NCBI GenBank assembly: GCA_963817915.1
Contig: CAWFQL010000017.1
Span: 64,001 to 128,000 of the forward strand
Direction of reading: 5' to 3'
DNA from: an uncultured candidate division Zixibacteria bacterium
GTDB taxonomy: Bacteria > Zixibacteria > MSB-5A5 > UBA10806
DNA length: 64,000 nt
Part shown: positions 52,541-62,655 of the stretch, piece by piece
Layout of the letters: each line of letters starts with the position of its first letter
Numbering within the stretch: the first letter of the stretch is position 1
Position numbers and translations under genes: made by a program
Notes under the pieces: generated by a model
The model's input: only the letters and a program-made list of their open reading frames with translations
Database searches by the model: none
What the model was told of the DNA's origin: nothing

Positions 52541-53734
52541 GTGATAAAAAATGCTAAAAGTTTTGTATTTTCATTTCTGCTGACGACAACACTATTATAT
52601 GACATTTCATTTTGTGGAACTTCGAATTCCCTCGATCGCGAATTAAATTCAATATTAAAAAAAACTGAATCCTTTCTGGTGACGGTTAAAGGCGTGGGCG
52701 GTGCCCGAAATCTTGTGGCCACCGGGATTATATACGATAGCCTCGGCCATATTTTAACTTCGGCGTATATCTCCAATTCCCAGGGCTTTAAGGTTATTTT
52801 CAAGAACGGCAAATCTTATTCGGCCTCCAAAGTTGGATACGATATGCAATCGGGACTGGCGGTATTGAAAATCGATGGTTTAAAATTACCGGCGCCTAAG
52901 TGGGGTGACTCCGCGAAATTAGAAAGCAACGGATGGATAATCGTAATTGGTAATTCCTATAATATTCCATCATCTGTGAATTTTGGCAATTTTGTAGGAT
53001 TGACCGATGATGGCCTTTTGCAGTTATCTGTTAATGTCAATCCTGGTTCGTCAGGCGCCGCGGTATTGGATACCGAAGGGGAAATTGTCGGGATTCTGAT
53101 TGCCAGGGAAGCTTATGGCATACCATCGAAAGTATCATTGGCCCGAAGTCCCGGCCAGATAGGCGGGAACTCATTATTCGAAAATAGCAATCATTCTATG
53201 ACAGGCTATGCCATCCCCATAGATGTGGCTGGAAACATAGTAAATCAAATTATAGATTCTGGTCATGTCAGCCGTGGTTTTTTGGGTGTTGGACTCAGGA
53301 AATCAATAACTGCCTCGTCCTTAAAACTGGCGGATAAGCTGGGTCTGATTGTCGATGATGTCGCGCAATCATCGCCTGCGGAAAAAGCAGGTTTGGCCAA
53401 AGGGGATGTTATCCTGGCAATCGATAGCGTTTCCGCCTGCAATAGAGGATGCGTGTATAACCTGGTTCGTGCCCATTTGCCGGGGGATACGGTGAAAATC
53501 AGATACCGCCGAAATGGCGAAGAAAAAGTGGCAGATGCCATTCTCGCCGATGCCGATAGTCAGCCGCTATCGACCTCGCTGCGGCTAAATAGCGGTTTTC
53601 AGGACTCTACTTCTAGTCAAAAAAATGATCTTTCAGATAATTCCCTCGTTAAATCGAAAATAGACAGCCTTACCGCTGAAATGAGACAATTGCAGGATGA
53701 AATTGCCAATTTGAAAAGTAAAATAAGGCGATAG
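52541..53734 (+). CDS. HtrA/DegP-like trypsin-PDZ protein with a degenerate catalytic triad
   Basis: Trypsin fold (NPGSSGA, GYAIP), PDZ (RGFLGV, SPAEKAGL..GDVI), coiled-coil tail. Confidence 0.8.
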   Translation: MIKNAKSFVFSFLLTTTLLYDISFCGTSNSLDRELNSILKKTESFLVTVKGVGGARNLVATGIIYDSLGHILTSAYISNSQGFKVIFKNGKSYSASKVGYDMQSGLAVLKIDGLKLPAPKWGDSAKLESNGWIIVIGNSYNIPSSVNFGNFVGLTDDGLLQLSVNVNPGSSGAAVLDTEGEIVGILIAREAYGIPSKVSLARSPGQIGGNSLFENSNHSMTGYAIPIDVAGNIVNQIIDSGHVSRGFLGVGLRKSITASSLKLADKLGLIVDDVAQSSPAEKAGLAKGDVILAIDSVSACNRGCVYNLVRAHLPGDTVKIRYRRNGEEKVADAILADADSQPLSTSLRLNSGFQDSTSSQKNDLSDNSLVKSKIDSLTAEMRQLQDEIANLKSKIRR

Positions 53735-53890
53735 CGCATTTGTCAAGCATTCTTGTCGTCGCAACCCCTTTTCGACTAATCATTTAGAAACATAAAATAT
53801 AATTTTATCTATCCCAAATAGTGGAACTGATAACGGGATGAGATTGTTGTCAATTGTATGATGGCGGTGTCTCAGTGTCAGTTTTTACGG

Positions 53891-53919
53891 TTGACTATCA
53901 ATTATTGTATAGCTATATT
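53891..53919 (+). promoter_or_regulatory. Sigma70-type promoter for the pilin locus
   Basis: TTGACT-N17-TATATT, about 125 nt upstream of the pilin start. Confidence 0.55.
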
Positions 53920-54042
53920 CAATCGGGTATAGGGAAATTTCGATAGCTTAATTGGGCAAATACGGGAAGTTCTATAGAAAGCTGGTTGTAATGATAAATA
54001 GAATAACAAACAAATACCAAAAAATATAAAGGAGAATTAGTA

Positions 54043-54435
54043 ATGATCAGACAGCGCAGTGCAAAGGGCTTCACATTGGTTGAAGTTCTAGTCGTGGTAG
54101 TCATTTTGGCTATTTTGGCGGCAATTGCTATTCCGATTTACCTGAATTATGTCGAAAGCGCGCGCGCCAGCGAAGCGCAAGAGGCAATCGGTTCGATTAA
54201 AGCCGCTGCTCAAATATTCCAGTCACAAAATGGATCTTGGCCCACCAATGTAAGCCAACTTAAGCTCCAGCTATCTCAGCTAGTGATAGATAGATGGCAG
54301 TTTACTATTATCGCGGGCGGTCAGGGCATCCAATCGATAGTCGCTACTTCCAGAAATAAGATGCCGGGCGGCGCAGGTAAAGTCGTCACATACGATGCGG
54401 TTCAAGGAAAATGGAGAGGCTACGGCACCGATTGA
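54043..54435 (+). CDS. Type IV pilin, probably the major subunit
   Basis: Class III signal KG|FTLVEVLVVVVILAILAAIAIP and ARASEA; AAGGAG RBS. Confidence 0.9.
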   Translation: MIRQRSAKGFTLVEVLVVVVILAILAAIAIPIYLNYVESARASEAQEAIGSIKAAAQIFQSQNGSWPTNVSQLKLQLSQLVIDRWQFTIIAGGQGIQSIVATSRNKMPGGAGKVVTYDAVQGKWRGYGTD

Positions 54436-54465
54436 TTTTTAACTTTTTAATTGGACTAAACTAAA

Positions 54466-55554
54466 TTGGAAAATTTCGAGGCGGTAGGCGGCATAACCGC
54501 AACAGAAAAGTCGCTTTCTATAGAGGATCTTCTGCAATTTACAAAAGATCAGGGGGCTTCAGATCTTCATCTTTCAGAAGGATCAATACCGGTAATTCGT
54601 GTCGACGGCAGATTGCACAAGCTTGATCTTCCGGGATTGTCACGCGACGGTATTAAGGACCTGATTCTTAGCGCCTTGACTGATGAGCAAAGAAGACGTT
54701 TTGAGGCGGATTTTGAAGTCGATTTTGCCAAGGAAATAAACGATTCGACCAGATTTCGTTGCAATATTTATCGCCAGATTAACGGCATTTCCGGCGCATT
54801 CCGAACAATTCCAGCAGATATAAGATCATTTGAGGAGTTGGGCCTGCCTGATGTTCTCAAACGTTTATCATTGATGGAAAAAGGACTTGTGCTGCTTACA
54901 GGTCCTACCGGCTCGGGTAAAACTACCACTTTGGCGACAATGGTCGACTGGATCAATCAGCATAAGGAATGCCACGTAATCACGATTGAAGACCCGGTCG
55001 AATATTTCCACAAAAGCAAATTCAGCCTTATCAATCAACGCGAACTCGGTTCATCCACTAAATCATTCTCAAACGCGTTAAGAGCCGCGCTTCGTGAGGA
55101 CCCCGATGTAATATTGGTCGGTGAAATGCGCGATCTTGAAACAGTGTCGTTGGCGCTTACAGCGTCGGAGACAGGACACCTGGTGCTTTCGACCCTGCAC
55201 ACATCATCGGCGGTAAAATCGATAGATCGTATTATTGACATCTTTCCGGCTGAACAAAAATCGCAGGTTCGTTCGATGCTTTCCGAATCGCTGCAGGCAG
55301 TAGTCGCTCAGACATTATTGCCCAAAAAAGATGGCGGAAGAGTTGTTGGTCTTGAGATCATGATCGCTACAATCGCTGTCAGGAATCTGATTCGTGAAAA
55401 CAAGATTTACCAGATTCCATCGATTATTCAGGCCGGTGGTAAGATGGGTATGCAATCTCTGGATCAATCGTTGATGACGCTTGTTTCAGAGGGCAAGCTC
55501 GAACGTTCAGTTGCCGCACAACGCGCGGATAACCCCAAACTATTTATTGATTAG
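54466..55554 (+). CDS. pilT: Type IV pilus retraction ATPase PilT
   Basis: ASDLHL, GPTGSGKTTT, TIEDPVE, ALREDPD, ETGHL and AVRNLIRE motif. Confidence 0.95.
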   Translation: MENFEAVGGITATEKSLSIEDLLQFTKDQGASDLHLSEGSIPVIRVDGRLHKLDLPGLSRDGIKDLILSALTDEQRRRFEADFEVDFAKEINDSTRFRCNIYRQINGISGAFRTIPADIRSFEELGLPDVLKRLSLMEKGLVLLTGPTGSGKTTTLATMVDWINQHKECHVITIEDPVEYFHKSKFSLINQRELGSSTKSFSNALRAALREDPDVILVGEMRDLETVSLALTASETGHLVLSTLHTSSAVKSIDRIIDIFPAEQKSQVRSMLSESLQAVVAQTLLPKKDGGRVVGLEIMIATIAVRNLIRENKIYQIPSIIQAGGKMGMQSLDQSLMTLVSEGKLERSVAAQRADNPKLFID

Positions 55555-55561
55555 GATTGGC

Positions 55562-56017
55562 TTGACGAATTTTCGGCTAAATAATCAAAACTTAAGTAAG
55601 AGAAACGGGTTTACCCTTGTTGAACTAATGGTTGCGATTACGATAATCATAATTTCCTCTGCCGCGGCCTATATAATGTTTGAACAGGGGAGTATTCTAA
55701 TAGAAGAGCAGTATCACCGCAGAATTGCGTTCGAAAAAGCTCAAGCATTCTACGAGGAAGTAAAGGCCTACAGGGAATCACATGGTGGCGCGTTTCCTCC
55801 GACTATGCCCGCCTACTTTGATGCAGCATTGGTGCCCGGTTCATCGGATGGCAGCAATGATGGCATAATTGCGAGATATACTGTTCAAATTGTCAGATCC
55901 CAAGTGTCGCACCCCTTATTTGGCGGAACCACTCTTTTTGCTGAGATTAGAATAAATTACAAGTGGGTGGAACACTCCGGAAGGGAATATTCGTACCAGT
56001 TCAATACGCCAATTTAA
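55562..56017 (+). CDS. Minor pilin (prepilin N-methylation domain); start uncertain
   Basis: NG|FTLVELMVAI; TTG start after AGGA. Confidence 0.8.
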   Translation: MTNFRLNNQNLSKRNGFTLVELMVAITIIIISSAAAYIMFEQGSILIEEQYHRRIAFEKAQAFYEEVKAYRESHGGAFPPTMPAYFDAALVPGSSDGSNDGIIARYTVQIVRSQVSHPLFGGTTLFAEIRINYKWVEHSGREYSYQFNTPI

Positions 56018-56032
56018 CACCCGATAAATAAT

Positions 56033-56638
56033 ATGAGAATGATATTTAGAAATTGTACAAAATCCTGGAATCGAGGCATGACGCTTATCGAAGTCATGGT
56101 GACGATGGTTATAAGCGCGGCGGTAGTCGGGGGTATGGGCCTGGCATTTTCCGAGGCAATGAGATATTGGGCGAGGGAATCACAAAAAATGCAGATATAT
56201 GAAGACGCATCTTTGTTTTTGTATAAACTGAATAAACAGATCCGCCGCGCGCAATTTGTGGCAATTTATCCTTTTGGCGGTCAGCAAAACGCCAGGCTCG
56301 TCCTGGATATGCCGGGCAATACGATAAGAACCCCTCTCTGGAGAGCGGATTATTATTATGTGGACGCTGAAGGAACAATAAGATACAACGGCAATGTCGA
56401 TGACAGGCCCTTTTACCATAAAAAGGTACTCCCTTTGTGGGATTTCCGCACGCAAGGCGGAAACGACACTACTTATTTTGATTTATACAAAGTTGAATTT
56501 ACATTCACGGAGGCGGGCAATTGGCCTTCCTCACCGGGCGGTCCGGCAATGGTAAAAACCGAGTTGTTCATGAGGTCGCCTTCAGGCGATACATTATACA
56601 TGTCGTCATTGAACGCCAGAAGAAATCGGGCTAATTGA
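56033..56638 (+). CDS. Minor pilin (PilW-like position)
   Basis: RG|MTLIEVMVTMVI. Confidence 0.8.
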   Translation: MRMIFRNCTKSWNRGMTLIEVMVTMVISAAVVGGMGLAFSEAMRYWARESQKMQIYEDASLFLYKLNKQIRRAQFVAIYPFGGQQNARLVLDMPGNTIRTPLWRADYYYVDAEGTIRYNGNVDDRPFYHKKVLPLWDFRTQGGNDTTYFDLYKVEFTFTEAGNWPSSPGGPAMVKTELFMRSPSGDTLYMSSLNARRNRAN

Positions 56639-56673
56639 TTTTTTTCGATAAATTCGAATCTTAGGAGGCAATA

Positions 56674-58083
56674 ATGAAATTTAATAATTGTAAGGATGAA
56701 AAGGGCAGCGTGCTGGTTATGGCGGTAGTGCTGTCTTTCGGTATCATACTCTTAGGGCTTTCATTTTTGACTACGGTTGAAAGATTCGAAAAACGAATCA
56801 ATTTGGAAATTACCATGGAAAAGGCCGCCATAAATGCCAACATGGGGGCATTTGAAGGTCTGGCATTGCAGATTACCAAAAAGCTCAGTGCCCATTATAT
56901 CAGTCAGGAATTCCAGTGGCCCGGCTATAAAAATAATTCTTATAAATTTGAAATTCGCCCCCTGGGCAATTCGAATATAAGTTATGGTATTTCTCATGGA
57001 TTTATGATTACAGGTATAGGCAAATCGAAGGAATATGGCTGGGAAATCGAGGACACCGTACAAGTAAAATATAAATACGAATCTTACGCTGATTATTTAT
57101 ATATATCGAATTTCGAATACGATTCCCTACGACGGGTGGAAATCAATTTCTGGAGTCCGGATACCCTCGACGGCAAAGTACATTCCAATGACGTCATTCA
57201 TATTCAAGGCAGTCCGGTTTTCAAAGAATTGGTGACAAGCTGCTCTACCTATTTTGAACCGATTAATAATAACGCGATTTTTGATGTACCGCCTCAGCTC
57301 GGGGCTGGCCCCATAGATTTTCCGGAGCAGGCAGATGAGATACGTAAATTTTCATATTATCACAATTGGGGGACATTCGCGCCGGATTCTTTAGATTCAC
57401 TCACGGAACTAACTTTTAGCGGCCCCACTATATATCGCCGTTACTGCGGACCCGATACGCTTCATAGCGATTCCATTGTCTGTTACCCTCCCACAATTGC
57501 CGAGGCCCCGCAATTCGCGGTACCTCCGAATGGCGCCCAATTTATTTTCGGCAAGGTATGGGTAAAAGCTGATAGAGGAGGCGCGGATATTAACGATCCT
57601 TCATTTATGTCGCAGGGATTTGAGGGCAAATTGACGATCGCGGCCTCCGATACTATTATAATAGTAGATAATTTAGTTTATAAGCACGCAAGGCCGAACA
57701 GGTCTGTTCCCGCGCAGGATTCCTGCGAAGATGTTTTAGGCATAATAGGAGAGCATTATATTATGATGGGCAGAAGATGCCCGAGAACCTTATATGTTAA
57801 TGCCGCTCTGGCGGCTATTAACGGTTCGATATCGGTTCAAGACATTTATTGGAGATGGGCTCCCGGCTGGAATAATGAAAAGCAATCGTTGCAGATTTAC
57901 GGGTCGTTGGCTCAGAGGTACAGAGGAATAGTCCATACTACCGATTACCCGCCGGATAATCCGCCGCATTTGCGCGGTTTCATAGAGAAAGATTATCATT
58001 ACGATAAGAGATTTATCGAGAATCCTCCTCCATATTTTTTACCCACCAAGAAATACGCACTTATATTCATGGAGAGTTTGTAG
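56674..58083 (+). CDS. Large PilX/GspK-like minor pilin
   Basis: KG|SVLVMAVV leader lacking Glu5; large C-terminal domain ending YHYDKRF...PPPYF. Confidence 0.7.
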   Translation: MKFNNCKDEKGSVLVMAVVLSFGIILLGLSFLTTVERFEKRINLEITMEKAAINANMGAFEGLALQITKKLSAHYISQEFQWPGYKNNSYKFEIRPLGNSNISYGISHGFMITGIGKSKEYGWEIEDTVQVKYKYESYADYLYISNFEYDSLRRVEINFWSPDTLDGKVHSNDVIHIQGSPVFKELVTSCSTYFEPINNNAIFDVPPQLGAGPIDFPEQADEIRKFSYYHNWGTFAPDSLDSLTELTFSGPTIYRRYCGPDTLHSDSIVCYPPTIAEAPQFAVPPNGAQFIFGKVWVKADRGGADINDPSFMSQGFEGKLTIAASDTIIIVDNLVYKHARPNRSVPAQDSCEDVLGIIGEHYIMMGRRCPRTLYVNAALAAINGSISVQDIYWRWAPGWNNEKQSLQIYGSLAQRYRGIVHTTDYPPDNPPHLRGFIEKDYHYDKRFIENPPPYFLPTKKYALIFMESL

Positions 58084-58284
58084 ATTCGATGAATTTTGGA
58101 ATTGATGGAAGTTTTTAATCAGGGTACTTTGAAAGATTGATTTGAAAGAGTTTTTGCCATCCTATCTGGGATTTCGCGATTTCGGATTTAACCTCAGCGA
58201 ACCCTCGCATACCCAGCTTTAAAATGGTGGATTTATTTTAAGGGCAAATAATAGTGAATTTTGTATTTATGAATAAGGAGTAAC

Positions 58285-59337
58285 ATGGCGAGATCATCTT
58301 TGGGCCTCGATATCGGCTCTTATTCTATTAAGTTGGTAGACATTGAAAATGACGAAGGTCGTTTCAAGCTTAAAAACTACGCTATTGTCGACCTCTATAA
58401 AGAGGATGAGGAGTTCGATCCCGAAGGTCCAAATTATAATCGTTTGGCTGCCGGAATAAGGGAAGCATTCAAACAAATGAAGCTCGTGCCTAAGCGGGTA
58501 AAGAATCTGAATTGCTCGCTCGGCGGAGCATCGACGGCAGTTAAGCAGATTCGTTCGATTCCATTGGGCGCTGAGGAATTGGAATCATCGCTGGCGTTTG
58601 AGGCCAGGAAACATCTTCCGATGGACGATACAGAGGCGATTCTGGATTTTCAGATTCTTGATGGAGGCGCCGAATCATCGTTCATGGATATTCTTCTTGT
58701 CGCCACCACCAAAAAAGCATTTGAGAACCAGATCAAGATACTCGGTGATATCGGGGTCAAGCCCAGGATTATCGATGCCGACAGCACATCGCTGGTCAAT
58801 TCATTTCTCTTGACCAAGGGCAAGCCGGCAGGCGAAGCAGCGTTGGTGTTCTTAAACATCGGGGCCAAATCAACCAACCTTACGATTTTTACCGACAAGA
58901 ACCTGCTATTTTCAAGAGATATCCCGATTGGCGGATTTAAAATGACCGAGGATATCAAGGCGATTTCGAAATTAAGCTATACGGAATCCGAAAATTTGAA
59001 AAAAAGCAAGGGAATGGGTGCATTTTTGGCGGCGGCCGATGGTGAGGGCGGGGGTATCAGGGTAGCTCGAAGAATGGCGCATGATAATTTGATCGATGAA
59101 GTACGACGTTCGCTCAGATATTATACGAAAGAGACGAGTGTCAGGGAATTTGACCGGATGCTATTCAGCGGCGGGGCCGCATTGACAGTCAATTTGAATT
59201 CCCAGCTCGCCCAGGCGCTTTCAATGACCGTAGAAATATATAATCCATTCGACCTTTTCACAGTGCCTCCGGGATTTACTGATTCAGTCGGGGCTCAACT
59301 GGCGATCGCATGCGGGTCGGCGCTGAGGGAGGAATAA
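58285..59337 (+). CDS. pilM: Type IV pilus assembly protein PilM
   Basis: GLDIGSYSIK, FEARKHLP, NIGA, EVRRSLRYY, SGGAA, NPF and ACGSALR. Confidence 0.92.
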   Translation: MARSSLGLDIGSYSIKLVDIENDEGRFKLKNYAIVDLYKEDEEFDPEGPNYNRLAAGIREAFKQMKLVPKRVKNLNCSLGGASTAVKQIRSIPLGAEELESSLAFEARKHLPMDDTEAILDFQILDGGAESSFMDILLVATTKKAFENQIKILGDIGVKPRIIDADSTSLVNSFLLTKGKPAGEAALVFLNIGAKSTNLTIFTDKNLLFSRDIPIGGFKMTEDIKAISKLSYTESENLKKSKGMGAFLAAADGEGGGIRVARRMAHDNLIDEVRRSLRYYTKETSVREFDRMLFSGGAALTVNLNSQLAQALSMTVEIYNPFDLFTVPPGFTDSVGAQLAIACGSALREE

Positions 59338-59916
59338 ATGAAAGCCGCATATTATCGAATAAATCTGAATAAGGCATCCAATAGACTGGATCAGGCGGAT
59401 CAGGCGAGAAGAAAAAAGAGAATAGCGATCATTGCCTCGTTCTTTTTGTTGTTGATTATAGGAATGAGCGCGGTAGTCTATCGGACATATCTTACTCAGC
59501 AAGTAATCAAGGCCGACAAAGCTCAACTGCAGGAGATAGAAGACAAGATTGAAAAGCTGGAAGCGTCGAGCGACTATATATCTCCGGAGGACATTTATTT
59601 ATTAAATCAAGTCGCCCGCAATCGACGAATTTGGTCTGATAAGCTATCGATTTTAGATAAGGCGTTGCCAAAGGATGTGGCAATCACTGAAATGAACTTT
59701 GACGCGTCACTAAATACATTCGTTATTAAAGGCATTTCCAAAGTAAAGTTAGACATGAAGGATTTGGATCTTGTAGTTGGGATTATCGATCTGCTGAAAT
59801 CTCAGCAGGACTTCTACAAGGATTTTTCAGAAGTAAAATTCCAGATGTCGCAGAGAATTAAATACCATGAACAGGAAATGGTCAGATTTGAGATAGCCTG
59901 TTTGCTGAAGGCATGA
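59338..59916 (+). CDS. pilN: Type IV pilus assembly protein PilN
   Basis: RINLN motif, TM, coiled coil and LPKDV; follows pilM. Confidence 0.82.
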   Translation: MKAAYYRINLNKASNRLDQADQARRKKRIAIIASFFLLLIIGMSAVVYRTYLTQQVIKADKAQLQEIEDKIEKLEASSDYISPEDIYLLNQVARNRRIWSDKLSILDKALPKDVAITEMNFDASLNTFVIKGISKVKLDMKDLDLVVGIIDLLKSQQDFYKDFSEVKFQMSQRIKYHEQEMVRFEIACLLKA

Positions 59917-59929
59917 GGATGGATGAAAT

Positions 59930-60538
59930 ATGAAATCTAATTTAATTTTCTTAGCGATCTTATTAGTATTCCTCGGTGCCGGATACTTTTATTATGAAAA
60001 AGCAATAGTGCCTCAGCCCCAGGAAATGATCACTACCAAAGAGCAAATACAGGAAAAAAATAAGCAATTGCTGGCCGCCCAGATTCTGGCCGAAAAGCGT
60101 CCCGGTGTTACCAGCCTGATTAAAGGGAATTTGATTTCAAGTATGGCTGATTCCCTTGCCGAAAAGGCGTCCTTGCCGTTCCTGCGCTATATTACCGAGA
60201 CAATGGATAATCTTGATATCAGGCTCATATCTCTGATTCCCAAAGATATAGTCGGAATGGAAGATCCCAATTCATTTAAATTGAAAGAATTCATTGAGAT
60301 TCCATATGAGATGAAAGTACTTGCGAGTTACGAGGAATTGGGGAAATTCCTGGATATTCTGGAGAAATCGCCTCGTCTCATAAAGATTTCATCATTTACG
60401 GTAACAAACGACATAGAGCAAGGCGTAATCGCTGAAGAAGTCGCGGGAAAGCCAAGACAGCATACGGTTAATCTTCAGATAAACACAATAGCAATTTTGA
60501 AAGCGAGTTTTAGAAGTGAATCGGGAGAGCATAATTAA
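59930..60538 (+). CDS. pilO: Type IV pilus assembly protein PilO
   Basis: N-terminal TM and ASYEELGKFL..LEKSPRLIKI; synteny. Confidence 0.82.
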   Translation: MKSNLIFLAILLVFLGAGYFYYEKAIVPQPQEMITTKEQIQEKNKQLLAAQILAEKRPGVTSLIKGNLISSMADSLAEKASLPFLRYITETMDNLDIRLISLIPKDIVGMEDPNSFKLKEFIEIPYEMKVLASYEELGKFLDILEKSPRLIKISSFTVTNDIEQGVIAEEVAGKPRQHTVNLQINTIAILKASFRSESGEHN

Positions 60539-61071
60539 GGCATTGGCTGCCCTGGCGGCAGCCGCGCTGGTACTTTTTATCGGATTTGCCCTGATCAAAG
60601 TCTATTTGTTAAATCCCACGGATGGACAAGTTTCTGAAGAGCCACAGGCGGCTACATTGGATGCCAACGCGACTTTGAAGAGCACCATAGATTCCCTTGA
60701 ATTATTCTGGGAAAACCGGCAGGCTTATGTTTTTAGCGTTATCGATGATCCGTTGTATCTTCCTCGAGTGATAAAAGATTACACTTTGGTTTCAGGCACC
60801 AAGCAGGAAGCCGAGGAAGAAGAGAATATCAGGTTGACTGCGACAGTGGTTGATTCCAATCCCAAGGCGATTATCAAATATAATGGCAAAAGCTATGTGG
60901 TTAGAGTCGGCGATTGGCTCGGCAATGTTTACAAAGTAGAAAGTATTGAAAAGAAACAGGTGGTGCTTGGATCATGGAGGCAATAAAAAAATCCTGATGA
61001 ACAAGCCACTTCAAAATGAAGGTTCTGATTATTCCACTAATGGTGATGACCCCGGGTTATCCAATTATTAG
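60516..61071 (+). CDS. PilP/GspC-like protein; probable frameshift near 60966
   Basis: TM, DP motif, KAII...YVVRVGD...KVESIEKKQVVL. As read the ORF stops at 60986; the alternate frame continues LDHGGNKKILM to 61071. Confidence 0.65.
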
Positions 61072-61089
61072 CTGGGCGGATTTTCCTAT

Positions 61090-62611
61090 ATGAATATTAA
61101 GGAGGATATTTTGGTCAAAACATCTATGAGGGGATTGATCACGGGTATTGCAATAGCATGGTTGTTGTTAGGAATTCCAGTCTGGGGCCAGTCTACAACC
61201 GAGAACGCATCAATACCACAAGCGCTACAAATAGGTCTTGCAAAGACAGTCACATTAGATGCCGATGATGCATTCTTGCCGTCAATTTTAACAATTTTGG
61301 CGGAAAAATCTGGATTTAATATTGTTACGGGTCCCGGAGTAAATACTAAAGAACGTATATCAGTCCATATTAAAGAGACCCCCATAGAAGAAGCAATAAA
61401 CCTTGTAGTTCGCGCAGCGGGACTTTCATATGAAATCGTAGGGAATTCATTCCTGGTAGCCGAACCTAATGCCCTTGAACAGGAAATCGGTCTTTCGGCG
61501 CATATTATAGATTTACAGTGGGCCAAGGCCGGCGAGGTTAAGGATATTCTCAAGGATTTATCCGAGAAAATTCAAGTCGATACCTCAGGAAATAAGGTAG
61601 TTGTGTTAGCCAGCCCCAGGGTTTTTGCGGAAATAAAGGAAATAGTCAAGCGAATCGATATCCCGGCAAAGCAGATCATGTTAGAAGCTCGGTTGATCGA
61701 AGTAGCCACCGACAATCTCGATCAATACGGTATCGACTGGGAAAAGTTATCCAAAATTACAACGATCCTTGCAGAGTCTCCTTTGAATTCCGATGGTTCA
61801 TCGAGAGCGCCGGTAGAGAACGATCTCGGCGGCAATTATCCTTATCTCGATCAACTTACCCGAAAGATTTAAATTTGAAAAGATTGAAGGATTCGATAAC
61901 GTATTCAATTTTTCAAGGCAGTTAAAAGCATTCGATATTACATTGGATTTCTTGCTCAAGAGAAATAAGGCCAAGGTGCTGGCCCATACACAATTGACAA
62001 CTCTGAATAACCGCGAGGCGTCGATTCTCATAGGAGAGACATTGCATTGGGCCGTAAGTTCACAGCTTAACGCAATTGTCGTGACAGATTCGACAGGTAT
62101 AAAGCTCAGAATAACCCCGACCATTAATTCCGATGGCTATATTACGACAACGGTACAACCGGAAGTATCATCGATCAATGAATTGGTACAGGGGTTGTAT
62201 CCAAGGAAGAAAATTAGAACAGCGTCGACTACGGTTCAGGTAAAAGACGGCCAGAAAATATTTATCGGCGGATTGCTCTCTGTTGAAGATGCGCAAGTAA
62301 CCTTCAAGATGCCGTTGCTGGCCAACATTCCTCTAATAGGAAAATTATTTACTCATCAATATATTTCTACCAAAAAGACGGATTTATTGATCGAAATTAC
62401 TCCTCGCATCGTAAGGGAAAGCACAAGCTATTCCGATGCCAGTAATTTAACGAGCCAGGGACAAAGGATTTTTGATGAAGGTCAGATTTCCGATTTCTCA
62501 AAATTAGATCCGGACTTGAAATCATTTGATAATGTCAAGTCTGATATCGAATCGTTAAAAAGAGATCAACAAAGGGTCACGACACCATATGATGAGAAAC
62601 AGAATAAATAA
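61090..62611 (+). CDS. pilQ: Secretin (PilQ/GspD family); frameshift near 61857
   Basis: N-domains and QIMLEARLIEV...GIDW in ORF1; GIKLRITPTI, IFIGGL, PLLANIPLIGKLF and LLIEITPRIV in ORF2. Confidence 0.88.
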
Positions 62612-62655
62612 GGTTGTTTGGTTTGAAGCCGGGCTACCTTTTAAAGGAGGAAATT

